This document shows positions 10,001-19,312 of a stretch of 56,075 nt of DNA, in pieces. The notes under the pieces are model-generated. The model saw only the letters and a list, made by a program, of their open reading frames with translations. It made no database searches and was not told the DNA's origin. Position numbers and translations under genes: made by a program. The stretch is from positions 1-56,075 of the forward strand of contig DXJV01000045.1 in NCBI GenBank assembly GCA_019056785.1. Reading direction: 5' to 3'. This DNA comes from Candidatus Heimdallarchaeota archaeon. Lineage in GTDB: Archaea; Asgardarchaeota; Heimdallarchaeia; JABLTI01. Position 1 is the stretch's first letter; each line of letters begins with the position of its first letter.

Positions 10001-11048
10001 TGAAAAGCATTTTACTAGAAAGAAGCTCTTGAAATCAGAGGAACAATTTCAGCAACTAATAGAAACTATGTCTGACGGTTTGGCAATTGATGATCTTAAT
10101 GGGAGATTTATTTATGTCAATCCTCGCTTCTGCGAGATGTTGGGTTTTAGCTTGAAAGAAATTATCGGAAAGGAAGTTGTAGAGTTTATTACAAAGAAAG
10201 ATATTTCAAAATACATCAAACTAAGTAGAAAACGTTTAGCAAATGAAGCAAGCAATAAAAGCTATGAAATAACGTGGATTACAAAAAATGGGAAAGAATT
10301 GCCGACAATAGTTTCGCCGAAAATGATAAGCAATACTTCCGGCGAAATTATTGGTAGTTTTGCAGTGATAACTGATATTACAAAATTAAAGCGCTATGAA
10401 GGAAAGCTAAAAGAACAACAAAAATTGCTGCAACAACAACGGGACGAATTGGAGTCTTTTGCATCTACAATTGCCCATGATTTACGTGGAAAGATGCAAG
10501 TCATATCTCTTTACAATTCTCTTGCAAAGCATGAATATTCAGAAAAAATTACCGAAAGCATTGAAGAAATGACTTCTTTCATCGAAGATTTACTTTTCCT
10601 TGCCAAGAAGGGACAGATCTTGGGGAAGGTTACTAATGTAAACCTTGAGCAACTAATACAGCAAACAAAAGCAAAGATCGCCAAGTTGGATCCGAAACTC
10701 AAAATTGAATGTGAAAAACTCCCGACTGTCCTTGCTGATAAAATTCGATTGAAGCAAGTGTTTGAAAACCTTCTAATGAATGTCATAAAGCATGCTAAAG
10801 CCACTCACTTGAAAATATATACAAAAGAGAATAAGAAATTCCACTATATTATCATTGAGGATGATGGAACAGGCATCTCAGAAAAGACTAAAAAAGCGAT
10901 CATTGAATCCTGGAAAACAAACCGCTACAGTTCCTTCGGGTTATTAATTGTTTACAAAATAATCAAAGCACATGGTGGAGAATTGATTCTTGAGAGTGAA
11001 GAAGGAAAAGGAACAAAAATAACCTTTAGTTTGCCAAAGAAAAAATAA
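7035..11048 (+). CDS. Cytoplasmic hybrid sensor histidine kinase: REC-GAF-multiple PAS-HisKA-HATPase
   Basis: REC (LLVDDE, ISDYQMP, FTG, YLQK), GAF ('VPMKIGGETIGIIEVHS'), about 5 PAS repeats, H-box AHDLR, N-box ENLLMNVIKH, DDGTGI; no TM segments. Confidence 0.92.
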   Translation: MSEVKILLVDDEETLLEISKVYIEKLDESFRIHTVKSAKEAIKLLKKTPFDVIISDYQMPEIDGLKFLSILREQDYDIPFIIFTGKGREEVAIQALNLGADYYLQKGGETDTQFHELANLIRKLVEQKQAEKARLHLLNQQISINKLAVTLGESRDLNKIYKTIFKHIYSIMDADTFVVSFYDSKSNIISPGYALINRKVIDITVFPALPLEHPENEIRKKVIETNNYVYLENLRRDKSGQEKMTIRNQAEYTKSAVFVPMKIGGETIGIIEVHSYQANAYSEQDIELLSALANVAAVAIQNARLFNMQQDINEQLQQEKERTQAMLDLIEALVLVLNKNGIIQRINRKGCEILGYTEEEILGKNWIETFLPEEYRKKVRQRIKKIIKTGEILSVNINPIITKDGSEVMISWKTSILPEKIDGIECVLSTGVEITDELVKETERLQEEEHYKYLTKMSEEGLIILQDNKIKFMNKNMRSILGLGKEELIDLDPEPFLRGKDKERFIDLLATYKETGHLPKEFQCWIFSKNNVKKYIHNSIISVKTPDGANRYYILVKDITEKKLAEIALESSERKLRTTLNAFPYPMHVVNRNLQFIIYNQAMKEWLENLNLDIALDGKTVYEAFPFLPQEVIDEYQYVFDTGKTVYKKDCTVLNGREIFTETRKYPVIEKDKVISVITIIRDVSKEIQIEQQLQKNEETLRLLFESSSDGILILDQEDNILNANKKAMEFLDEIKENLIKASFRDFLDKKQLKIFTEFKKELETKKESKLELTLKTKNNKLMITEISAGYTKIGKEKLLQLIIRDIQERKIVEENQQKYVRDLQFLSKTAMEFIGYLTEDNLFNYVGDKIISILKDATVMLFASDGDNEVTIKYLAGLGSQHKLLQNALKREIIGMKIKLTPKMIVLLKKQKLFEIEDDYAELIKNALPKKIVDGILKRLNIEHIYLRHFNSKEHTFVAGINIFMHKKRKLENYELIEAFLSQASIAFEKHFTRKKLLKSEEQFQQLIETMSDGLAIDDLNGRFIYVNPRFCEMLGFSLKEIIGKEVVEFITKKDISKYIKLSRKRLANEASNKSYEITWITKNGKELPTIVSPKMISNTSGEIIGSFAVITDITKLKRYEGKLKEQQKLLQQQRDELESFASTIAHDLRGKMQVISLYNSLAKHEYSEKITESIEEMTSFIEDLLFLAKKGQILGKVTNVNLEQLIQQTKAKIAKLDPKLKIECEKLPTVLADKIRLKQVFENLLMNVIKHAKATHLKIYTKENKKFHYIIIEDDGTGISEKTKKAIIESWKTNRYSSFGLLIVYKIIKAHGGELILESEEGKGTKITFSLPKKK

Positions 11049-11064
11049 CTGAAGGTGGAATTTT

Positions 11065-12060
11065 TTACTTCCACACTTCTTTGAAAATACGCATGAAATT
11101 ACCATGACAGATTTTGTTTATATCTTCCAGAGAATAGTCTCTTTTTTCTAATTCTTTCACAAGAAGATTAAAACCTGTTACATCTTTTACCGAGTCCGGC
11201 ACAAGTGTTCCATCAAAGTCACTTCCAAAGCCAACATAATCCGGTCCCACCAAATTCACCACATGATCAATATGATCAATAATTTTTGTGAAAGGTGTTT
11301 TGGCATCACGTGAGCAATCTTCTCGTAAGAACATATTTCCAAAATTAATGCCGACCATACCATTAATGTCAGCAATGGCTTTTATCATGTCATCTGTGAG
11401 ATTTCGGACATGGGGTGAAAGAACCCTGCATGACGAATGAGAAGCAATGAGTGGTTTGTTTGTTACATCAATGGCATCCCAAAAACTTTTATCAGAAAGA
11501 TGAGACACATCAACAATAACACCAAGTTTATTTGCTTCGTGGATCAATTCTTTTCCTTCAGCAGTCAAGCCTCGGGTATCCTCGGGAGTATTTGGATCGA
11601 AAGACGACCCTGTGCCAAAGAGATTTTCGTCTGACCAAGTAATTCCAAAGGAGCGCAAACCTAAGCGATAAAGAACGTGCAGAAGATGGAATTCTGAGTC
11701 GAACCCACCAATCCCTTCGATGTGAAAGATCGCTCCGAGTTTTCCGGAAGTGGCTATTTTTTCTAAATCATCAACTTTTTTCACTAAAACAAGATTGTTT
11801 TTCTTATTTTCAACCAACTCGAGTAACTGTCGTGTTCCTTTTAGGATGTAGTACTGATTTATTCCTGGCCAAATGGCAAAAAACATTGCCAGGACATTTC
11901 CCTCTTTTGCTCTTGGCAAATCTACATGCCCCTTCTCTGAGCGCTCATAAAAAACTCGCCGTTGTTGGGTCAGAGCAAATAAAACATCCGTATGTCCATC
12001 TATGATCATTTTATCTTTCAATTTTATCCCAGGAGCTAATAATTGTTTTTCTATCTTCAT
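11065..12060 (-). CDS. Membrane dipeptidase family (peptidase M19)
   Basis: DGHTD, HIEG, DVSH, ASHS and GSDFDG motifs. Confidence 0.92.
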   Translation of the reverse strand: MKIEKQLLAPGIKLKDKMIIDGHTDVLFALTQQRRVFYERSEKGHVDLPRAKEGNVLAMFFAIWPGINQYYILKGTRQLLELVENKKNNLVLVKKVDDLEKIATSGKLGAIFHIEGIGGFDSEFHLLHVLYRLGLRSFGITWSDENLFGTGSSFDPNTPEDTRGLTAEGKELIHEANKLGVIVDVSHLSDKSFWDAIDVTNKPLIASHSSCRVLSPHVRNLTDDMIKAIADINGMVGINFGNMFLREDCSRDAKTPFTKIIDHIDHVVNLVGPDYVGFGSDFDGTLVPDSVKDVTGFNLLVKELEKRDYSLEDINKICHGNFMRIFKEVWK

Positions 12061-12155
12061 TTATAAGAGCTGGAAATCAAATTAAAATGTTTTTAAAAGA
12101 AAAAAAAGAAGTACCGGCTGGTACCTTTCAATTTAATTTCATCATTTAATAAAAA

Positions 12156-14183
12156 CTACTTGTCCTCTGAGGGCTCTTCGTTTTTATCTTCACTTTTATT
12201 CTCTTCGTGTTTGTCCTCTTCGTGGTCTTCGGCTTCTTTCAAAGTAGCGCCTACTTTGCTTGCTTGAAGAACGATTTCTGCTTCTTTCCCGAGTTCTTCT
12301 AAAGGTAAAGCTTTAGCGTCGGTTATCAAGCTAAGATAGACCTTTATGATTTCGTCGTCAACATTCCAGCCACCGATTGTGATTACTGTTATTGACTCAT
12401 CGCTGATCGCTTTTTCTACTCTTGTAGGAACAGTGTAAAGTGTGAGAAGACCATCAATTGGTTCGGAAGTGATAGCAGCAATAATTGTTTGACAGCCGGA
12501 AGCAACAAGCTCTTGGACAGCATCTTCAATTTGTGGAGGTCGGTAGTTCAACCAAACTGGTCGTACGTTTTGTTCTTGAAAGCCGGCCTTTTGTAATCCC
12601 TGGGTAATGGCTTTTTTGAAGGCCTCTTCTTCCTCAGTCAGTGGATAGAGTGAATCCCACTCTTTGGGTTGTCCTTCTGAAATCAAGAGAACCCCCACCT
12701 TCGCCAGATCTGACCCTTCTGGAACGCTTGCTTTTACCTTCTTGATGAGGTAATTCTGGATTTTTTTGCTCTTTCCGAGAAAGTCAGTTTGTTTCACATT
12801 TAAACCGATTTTTGAATAATCAATGCGTTTCATTTCATTTATGGCTAACTCATATTCAAAAGATTGCGACGTGAACAAATTCAAGATGGTTATATTGCTT
12901 GCTCCACGGGCGATAGCTGTTAACAACACTTGATTAATTGTCGGCCAGTCATTGACATAGGCATTAATGTACATATCATAATCAAGGAAAGTTTCTTCCA
13001 ACTTTTCGGTAATATCTTTGCTGATGTCTCGATAGGGGTTCTTTACTTCTTTTTCAGTAAACTCTACTGCCTTTTGTGCTTGTAATTTGAAGAGTTTCTT
13101 GTATTGGCGTTTCATCTTGTAGAGCTCTATTGGTTGCAAGAACTTGCTTTTCTGTTCGACATTTGTCTCCTCTTTTTTATAAAACCGTCTGATATAAGGT
13201 AAAGGATTGTAATCTTCTGATTCGCCTTTTGAAAGGACGATACAAGCAGACAATTGCTCTTCAGTGTCTATAGGCAGATTTTCCGGTAGCGGAGAATCGA
13301 ATTTTAAGCGCATTAGTCCTCTTGTGGCCCAATAATAGCCAAAAACGATGGTTATAAGGAAAATGCCGACATTCCATAGTATCTGCCATGGTGTTAACCA
13401 GAACCAGAAATTCACAAGAACAGCCAACCCCACAACGAATACTGCCATAAATATTGTGTTTGTTTGCTTTGAGCGGATATTTGTTGTGAAATAGTAGACA
13501 CTAATTTGCCCGAGAGTATAGCCCGCAAACCCACAGACTAATAATGTTCCTGCAACAGAAAGAATGGTACTAAAATTCCAGATGATTCCCGGAGGAGTGG
13601 GTGTCTCTCCCTTTAAGTGGGTGTCCATAAAGAGGACATTTTTTCCTTCTATTTCTGTTGTGTACTTTGTGGTGACGTTTACATACATAGGAGAAACATA
13701 ACTAGTGTATTGATACAAACAAACATCCATTTCCCAGACAAGTTTTTGGTTCTTCACCTGTGTGCTGTTGTAGATTGGTGCCGGTTGACTTGCTAAAGGA
13801 TGCCCTGTAGCATTCACAAGATAATTTGTCATAACATCAACAAAAGGAGCACCATCCACATTTCCGACCGTAATCTCGGTCTTGTTTTGTATTGTTTGAC
13901 TTATATTATCCCATACAATGACAATTTCGTAACTGTGAAAACCATCATTTGTTTTCGGGTCAGCCGCAAGATTAAGGGTAAGCTCTGTTCCTATGAGCGT
14001 AACACTGACAACGTCAATTTCATTTGCAAAATCACCTTTTGCAATGAGTGTGCCGTCTTCATATCTAAAGACATCATTTGTGCTATCTTCAAAATATGTA
14101 ACACCATTTGCCAGTCCGATACTGGTTAAAACGAGTGTTAAAGTTAGGGCAAGACTAAACAATACGAGACTTCTTTTTGACAA
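12156..14183 (-). CDS. Signal peptide + extracellular beta-rich domain + 3 TM + cytoplasmic ferrochelatase (class II chelatase)-like domain with altered catalytic motifs
   Basis: Hydrophobic N-terminus and three TM helices at about aa 205-290; C-terminal half follows the HemH pattern ('NPY..I..KLE', 'PTI..L..GA..I.ILNLF', 'LLISEGQP', 'WLNYRPPQIEDAVQEL..GC', 'DGLLTL'). Confidence 0.65.
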   Translation of the reverse strand: MSKRSLVLFSLALTLTLVLTSIGLANGVTYFEDSTNDVFRYEDGTLIAKGDFANEIDVVSVTLIGTELTLNLAADPKTNDGFHSYEIVIVWDNISQTIQNKTEITVGNVDGAPFVDVMTNYLVNATGHPLASQPAPIYNSTQVKNQKLVWEMDVCLYQYTSYVSPMYVNVTTKYTTEIEGKNVLFMDTHLKGETPTPPGIIWNFSTILSVAGTLLVCGFAGYTLGQISVYYFTTNIRSKQTNTIFMAVFVVGLAVLVNFWFWLTPWQILWNVGIFLITIVFGYYWATRGLMRLKFDSPLPENLPIDTEEQLSACIVLSKGESEDYNPLPYIRRFYKKEETNVEQKSKFLQPIELYKMKRQYKKLFKLQAQKAVEFTEKEVKNPYRDISKDITEKLEETFLDYDMYINAYVNDWPTINQVLLTAIARGASNITILNLFTSQSFEYELAINEMKRIDYSKIGLNVKQTDFLGKSKKIQNYLIKKVKASVPEGSDLAKVGVLLISEGQPKEWDSLYPLTEEEEAFKKAITQGLQKAGFQEQNVRPVWLNYRPPQIEDAVQELVASGCQTIIAAITSEPIDGLLTLYTVPTRVEKAISDESITVITIGGWNVDDEIIKVYLSLITDAKALPLEELGKEAEIVLQASKVGATLKEAEDHEEDKHEENKSEDKNEEPSEDK

Positions 14184-14285
14184 AATAATTACCTCTTAAA
14201 AATGACTTTCTTTACAGTACTTTCTAGCCTTACAGCGATTTAAATAGTAATATTAACATTTTGTTCTACTTGAAATAAAAAGAAT

Positions 14286-14873
14286 TCATTCGCGGATCTT
14301 TAAAGTAACCTCTTCTCCACGACCAATGGGTAAGAGCACACTTTGCGTTTTTGGGTTGCTTCGTACGTGTTCCACATAGCTTTTCAATTGTTCTGCATGT
14401 GAGACAACATTATCTGCAACGATTAAGCCACCTACTTGTAATTTCGGGAAAATTAAGTCGAAATAAGTCTTATAATCTTCCTTTTCAGCATCTATAAACA
14501 CAAAATCGAATTTTTTATCGAGAATTTTAATCGTTTCTTTGGCATCTCCCTCTATAATTAAAACAACATCCGATAAGCCTGCTCGTTCTAAATTTGCTCT
14601 TGCCATATTTATTTTTCGTGGGTCCACTTCCAACGTGACTACTTGACCATTATTTTCTTTTGCAGCTAAGCCAAGCCAGATGGTGGAATAGCCATTCGAT
14701 GTACCTATTTCAAGGATATTCTTTGCTTTCGTTGCTTTAATTAAAATATTTAAGAAGAGTCCAACATCAGGAGTTATATTGCGCATTCGGAGTTCTATTG
14801 GGATCCCCTTTTTTCTCTCTTCCGCATCTAATTCCTCGAGTTCTTTAAGTAATTTAATTACTTCTTCTTTCAT
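14286..14873 (-). CDS. SAM-dependent O-methyltransferase (CCoAOMT/COMT-like)
   Basis: ILEIGTSNGYST, FDFVFIDAEKEDY, GGLIVADNV. Confidence 0.92.
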   Translation of the reverse strand: MKEEVIKLLKELEELDAEERKKGIPIELRMRNITPDVGLFLNILIKATKAKNILEIGTSNGYSTIWLGLAAKENNGQVVTLEVDPRKINMARANLERAGLSDVVLIIEGDAKETIKILDKKFDFVFIDAEKEDYKTYFDLIFPKLQVGGLIVADNVVSHAEQLKSYVEHVRSNPKTQSVLLPIGRGEEVTLKIRE

Positions 14874-14973
14874 TTCTTATCACTGGTAATCGTTTGTTCT
14901 ACAAAAACCCATTTATAAATTAATTTAATATCCTCGAAAATATCTTTTTTAGCCCGAGAAGAGCAATATACTA

Positions 14974-15723
14974 TTAACGTCTTCTTTTTAGTTGGTTTTT
15001 TCTTGCTCGAGCTAAACGTTCTTCTCGGACTTTTTTATTATATTGGATCACGCGTTGCCTTTGAATGTAAATTGACACGGCTATGATAGTAAATACGAGA
15101 AGAATACCAAACCAATACCAATTCTTCGCCCAAAAACCATTTGTTGGTTCATGATTATTCGAGGGTTGGATTGTACTATCATCATCTAAAAATAGATTGA
15201 TAACCTGTATCAATGTTGAAGCATCTTTTACCCCGGAATCTGCATAGCCAACTTTTTGGTCGAGATCAAAGATATAGATTGTTGGGATACTAACCACCTC
15301 ATAGTAGTCCGAAAGAGAGATAGTATCGATTACCAGCTTCCAAGTAATTCCGTTTGTTGCAGCATAACTTTCTAAAGTACTTTCTGGCTCGACGTCAGTA
15401 CTAATGCTTATGATCACTAATTCACTACTACTAAAATGGCTCTTTACTTCGGCAAATTCTGCCATTGCCATTTTACAGGGTTGGCACCACGTAGCGAAAA
15501 AGTCCAACAAAACAACTCGTCCCTTATAACTTGAAAAGGTAATTTGCATATCAGAGAGAACATCTTTGAGAGTCCATTCTTTTCCGGGAGTGCCAATTGG
15601 CTTTAACATTGGAGTAAAATCTTGAGTTTGTTGGTTTCCTAAAGAACTTTGTGTAAAAAGTACTGTTTGAGTGAGGATAAGTATCGGAATAATTGTCGCA
15701 AAGATAATTCTATTTTTAGTCAT
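14974..15723 (-). CDS. Exported, C-terminally anchored TlpA/ResA-like thiol-disulfide oxidoreductase
   Basis: 'GRVVLLDFFATWCQPC', cis-Pro 'SIPT', N-terminal signal, C-terminal TM followed by a basic tail. Confidence 0.88.
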   Translation of the reverse strand: MTKNRIIFATIIPILILTQTVLFTQSSLGNQQTQDFTPMLKPIGTPGKEWTLKDVLSDMQITFSSYKGRVVLLDFFATWCQPCKMAMAEFAEVKSHFSSSELVIISISTDVEPESTLESYAATNGITWKLVIDTISLSDYYEVVSIPTIYIFDLDQKVGYADSGVKDASTLIQVINLFLDDDSTIQPSNNHEPTNGFWAKNWYWFGILLVFTIIAVSIYIQRQRVIQYNKKVREERLARARKNQLKRRR

Positions 15724-15836
15724 AGAAATATAACCCTTTCAATCTCTCTTTTAAATTCTTTTAAAACAAATGCTTTAGTTTCTTTTGAAAACCTCTTAAA
15801 AAAAGATTAATTTTTGAAAGAAAAACTAAAAAAGGC

Positions 15837-17435
15837 TTAATCTGCCGCTTGCTCCGTTTGAAAGAATGATTCATTGAGTTCCGAGATTCCGATATTAATA
15901 ACAAGATAATCCTCACCGGCATTAGGAAGTTCTGAAAGAAGTTCAACTAGACTCGAGACAACTAATAAGCTATCAAAAGCTCGGATTTGCTTTATAGTTA
16001 AAGCTTCTTTTTCTCCAATGCAAGTGATTTTCATTTCATTAGTTGGCAGCTGTTGTAGGAGATATTTAAGAACAAACGCCTTCTTAACCCCTTTTTTCTT
16101 AAATCTTATAGTAATGAAAAAACTCTTTTGTAAGAGCTGGTTCTTTACTTCTTCTTCTAAATAAAATGCTTTCAAATTTTTAGGAACAATGATTTTAGAT
16201 AATTTTCGTACTATAAGTTTTGGGTGCTTTTTTTCCTTGAGAAAAATCTGGAAGGACTCAAACCATTCTTGACGGAATTTTAACTCTAAATGGTCTTGAA
16301 CAATAAATGGGATTGCATAGAGGTCATGATATTCAGGTGTTTCATTTTCTTTTTTCTCTATAACACATTGCCATAATGCTTCTTCTTTTTGAAAGAGGGC
16401 TTTTTTCTCATTTGTTCCCCCTATTTCAGTTTGTTCCTTCTCTACAAGAGCAGCATTTTTTGGGTGTTTTTTTTCTTCGGGCACAAGCAATAAAAGTCTC
16501 TTTTTATAAAGAGACCGAGTTAAATAATTCCAAACGTCACCCCAATCGACAAAGAGAATGATACTAATAATTACAATTGTAGCAATCCAAACAAGAGCGG
16601 AAAGCCAAGAGGATGGTTCTGAAGCACCAACTGAGCCATCTTCAATTGTTAATCCAAATAACCAAAGAATTTTACTCCCAAAAGTTGTGAAAGCAAAATA
16701 TTTCGCAACATAGCCGGTGACTGCTGTAAGAACGATTTTTCCTAACAGGCACCAAATAAGTGTTTTCCAGAGGGCATATCCTAATAAACCAATAAAAAGG
16801 AGAATTGCATCATCTGGTAACGGTGTTGCTGCAAAAATAAAAATAATCAATGGTGCAAGCCCTCTATCTATCCAACTCTTTGCTCGCGCTACTTGTTTTT
16901 CCATGCTATCTTCCATAACATTTTTCGATGCCTTTCCGAGAAGCCACGCAGAAGTCTCACCAAATGCCGCACCTGCGCCAGCAAAGAGTCCAAGAATAAA
17001 AATGTCAAGAGCATCAATAGTTGGTCTAACAGCAACAGTGATTAAAGCAAGCGTATAAGGAATTGGAAAAATTACTGTGAAATTTCCGAAAATGGAGATT
17101 AGGAAAACCCCAAAATAGATCCCTATTAAACCAATTTTCTCCTCAAACCAATCAACTATTGACTGCATTAAGGAACCGAAGTTTAGATTTAATGAGGCTA
17201 AGACGATAATAAGAATTAAGAACAAAAGAAGGAAAATCAAAGAACCTAAACGATTTTTGTCTGCAAGTAACCATTGCTTTGCTCTTCGAAAGAAGCCAGT
17301 TTTCTTCTGGGTTTCCGGTGTGAGGGATTTTTCTGGCAGCGAGAGAGAAGGATCCTCAATACGTGAAATGATGATCATCGTAGTTTTTGTAGGCTCTTCT
17401 TTTACTGATGAATTCATGTCCATCCTGACCACCAA
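15837..17435 (-). CDS. DedA/VTT-domain membrane protein with an extra C-terminal soluble domain
   Basis: 'IFPIPY', 'GAAFGETSAWLLG', 'FAATPLPDD', 'LLGK' VTT motifs; about 230 aa hydrophilic C-terminus. Confidence 0.8.
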   Translation of the reverse strand: MVVRMDMNSSVKEEPTKTTMIIISRIEDPSLSLPEKSLTPETQKKTGFFRRAKQWLLADKNRLGSLIFLLLFLILIIVLASLNLNFGSLMQSIVDWFEEKIGLIGIYFGVFLISIFGNFTVIFPIPYTLALITVAVRPTIDALDIFILGLFAGAGAAFGETSAWLLGKASKNVMEDSMEKQVARAKSWIDRGLAPLIIFIFAATPLPDDAILLFIGLLGYALWKTLIWCLLGKIVLTAVTGYVAKYFAFTTFGSKILWLFGLTIEDGSVGASEPSSWLSALVWIATIVIISIILFVDWGDVWNYLTRSLYKKRLLLLVPEEKKHPKNAALVEKEQTEIGGTNEKKALFQKEEALWQCVIEKKENETPEYHDLYAIPFIVQDHLELKFRQEWFESFQIFLKEKKHPKLIVRKLSKIIVPKNLKAFYLEEEVKNQLLQKSFFITIRFKKKGVKKAFVLKYLLQQLPTNEMKITCIGEKEALTIKQIRAFDSLLVVSSLVELLSELPNAGEDYLVINIGISELNESFFQTEQAAD

Positions 17436-17663
17436 TTTATTCTTGCTCTTGATTGCTTCTTTAAGTAATTTTTCTTGTTTCTCTGATATTCTTTGTTAAT
17501 TTTCTTATTGATTAAGATTTTCAAATACTGATATGTTAGAGCATAATGCAGTAGAATGTTGGAACTAAAAGATTAATATTTAAAGAAGAGAGTACACTAC
17601 TGATAAATATATAAAGCAATGGCTCATTTGATAATGGAGAGAAATATAGGAGACTAATAAAAC

Positions 17664-19307
17664 ATGACTCATGATTCTGAAAAGGTTGGCATCGCACTGG
17701 GTGAAAACTTTGTAGATTTTCTCACACGAATAGACAAGATTTCCTTAGAAAAAATAGTGGAAGTAGCTGCCAGATGTGATTGCCCAGAGGAATTTGCAGG
17801 GGTAGTTTATTTACTCGAGACAGACCTAAATATTGATATCAAACTAACTCTCTCAGATTTAAAGGCAGAACTCGAGCGGTTGAAAAAAGTCGATAGTCTC
17901 CCCCCAGAGATTGAAACATATCGCTATTCTTTTGCAGTTAATGAGGGAAAATGGATTGCTTTCCTTCGGGGGACATTTTTTGACAACCTTCGAGAAGAGA
18001 TTGTCTCCCTCTATCGATTGTTTAATAAAATCGGGAAAACAAAGGGCTCTGATCTCATAACACTTGCAACTCAAATCATGATGGAACGGCAATTCGTTGC
18101 TGCCAATAAGATCATTCCTGTTCTCGAACGATGGGTAGAAGAACATCCGAAAGCCACCGAATTAGATGCTACATTACAAGTCTATGCTAGCCTTATCAAC
18201 AAACCACTTCAAGAAGGTTTACGCGAAGAGTTGGATAAAGCACGAAAAGAACTCGTGAAACAAATTGAAGTGTTGGGTGAAATTCTTTCAAATGCAGAAC
18301 AGAGTAATTGGATTTTACGTTCACTTATCGAAGCCGAGATTCTTTATGAAGATCTGAATCAACCACTTGAAGAGGTCTCATCCAAAGGGCTTGCTGATAT
18401 AATTATCTGGTTGATGGCTGAAAATTATGAAAAGAAAATTGGCGATTATTCTACAAAAGAAGATATCTCTAAACTAATTATGAGATTTCAGCTGGAATCT
18501 GCCCTCGGGTTAGCAACTGCTTCTCCCCAAGCAAAATTGGAATATAACCTACTTTCTCTTAATTATAAAGATAAAATGGCCAAACCAAAATTGGCTGAGA
18601 AGATCATTTTAGAGGCTTGGAAAGAAGCGCGTATTTCCCGGCAACCACAAGAAGTGGGCAGAGAACTTTTGGCATTATTAATAGATTATAGTAACCTACC
18701 ATCATCATTTCTAAATAAAATACCAAAACATTACGAGTACATTACAAGTTATTATCAAGGAGACAAGATCAGATTAGAACGGGCTTTGAAACGGATTAAA
18801 ATAAAAGGAACCGCTCCAACTGAAACGGAAATGCAAGAAGCAGTTATTCTTGACTATTTGATTCAGTTTGTGCAAAACTACATTGTAAACAAAATGAAAG
18901 CAAATCCAAAGGATCTTGTAGTGCCAGAAGAAAAAACTGACCTGGATATCAGCCTTGCAGAAAGAGACATTATCGATATGATCGATGCCGCCATAAGAAG
19001 AGGTATTCGCTCACAAGATAAACGACGAGCATATCATATTCTTGAAGAACAAATCAGCTCTCTTTATCAAAGAATGCTCAACCTCACACAAAACGAACTT
19101 TCCGTCGGCGAGGTAATCATTTACGGCATTTTTAACATGCATGGTATTAAAATCAGCCGGCAAAAAGCACAAGAATTTATCCTTAAACACTTTAAACGTA
19201 TGAATGTCTCTCTTGAAACTTCTACTAAAAAACGGATAGATTCGGTTGTTCAGAAAGCACTTTGCATTGAAATTGAAGAAAAAATTTTGGATCGAAACAT
19301 AAAGTAA
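17664..19307 (+). CDS. Hypothetical soluble alpha-helical protein
   Basis: 547-aa ORF, E/K/L/I-rich, preceded by an AGGAG-like RBS; no motif recognised. Confidence 0.75.
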   Translation: MTHDSEKVGIALGENFVDFLTRIDKISLEKIVEVAARCDCPEEFAGVVYLLETDLNIDIKLTLSDLKAELERLKKVDSLPPEIETYRYSFAVNEGKWIAFLRGTFFDNLREEIVSLYRLFNKIGKTKGSDLITLATQIMMERQFVAANKIIPVLERWVEEHPKATELDATLQVYASLINKPLQEGLREELDKARKELVKQIEVLGEILSNAEQSNWILRSLIEAEILYEDLNQPLEEVSSKGLADIIIWLMAENYEKKIGDYSTKEDISKLIMRFQLESALGLATASPQAKLEYNLLSLNYKDKMAKPKLAEKIILEAWKEARISRQPQEVGRELLALLIDYSNLPSSFLNKIPKHYEYITSYYQGDKIRLERALKRIKIKGTAPTETEMQEAVILDYLIQFVQNYIVNKMKANPKDLVVPEEKTDLDISLAERDIIDMIDAAIRRGIRSQDKRRAYHILEEQISSLYQRMLNLTQNELSVGEVIIYGIFNMHGIKISRQKAQEFILKHFKRMNVSLETSTKKRIDSVVQKALCIEIEEKILDRNIK

Positions 19308-19312
19308 ATGAT

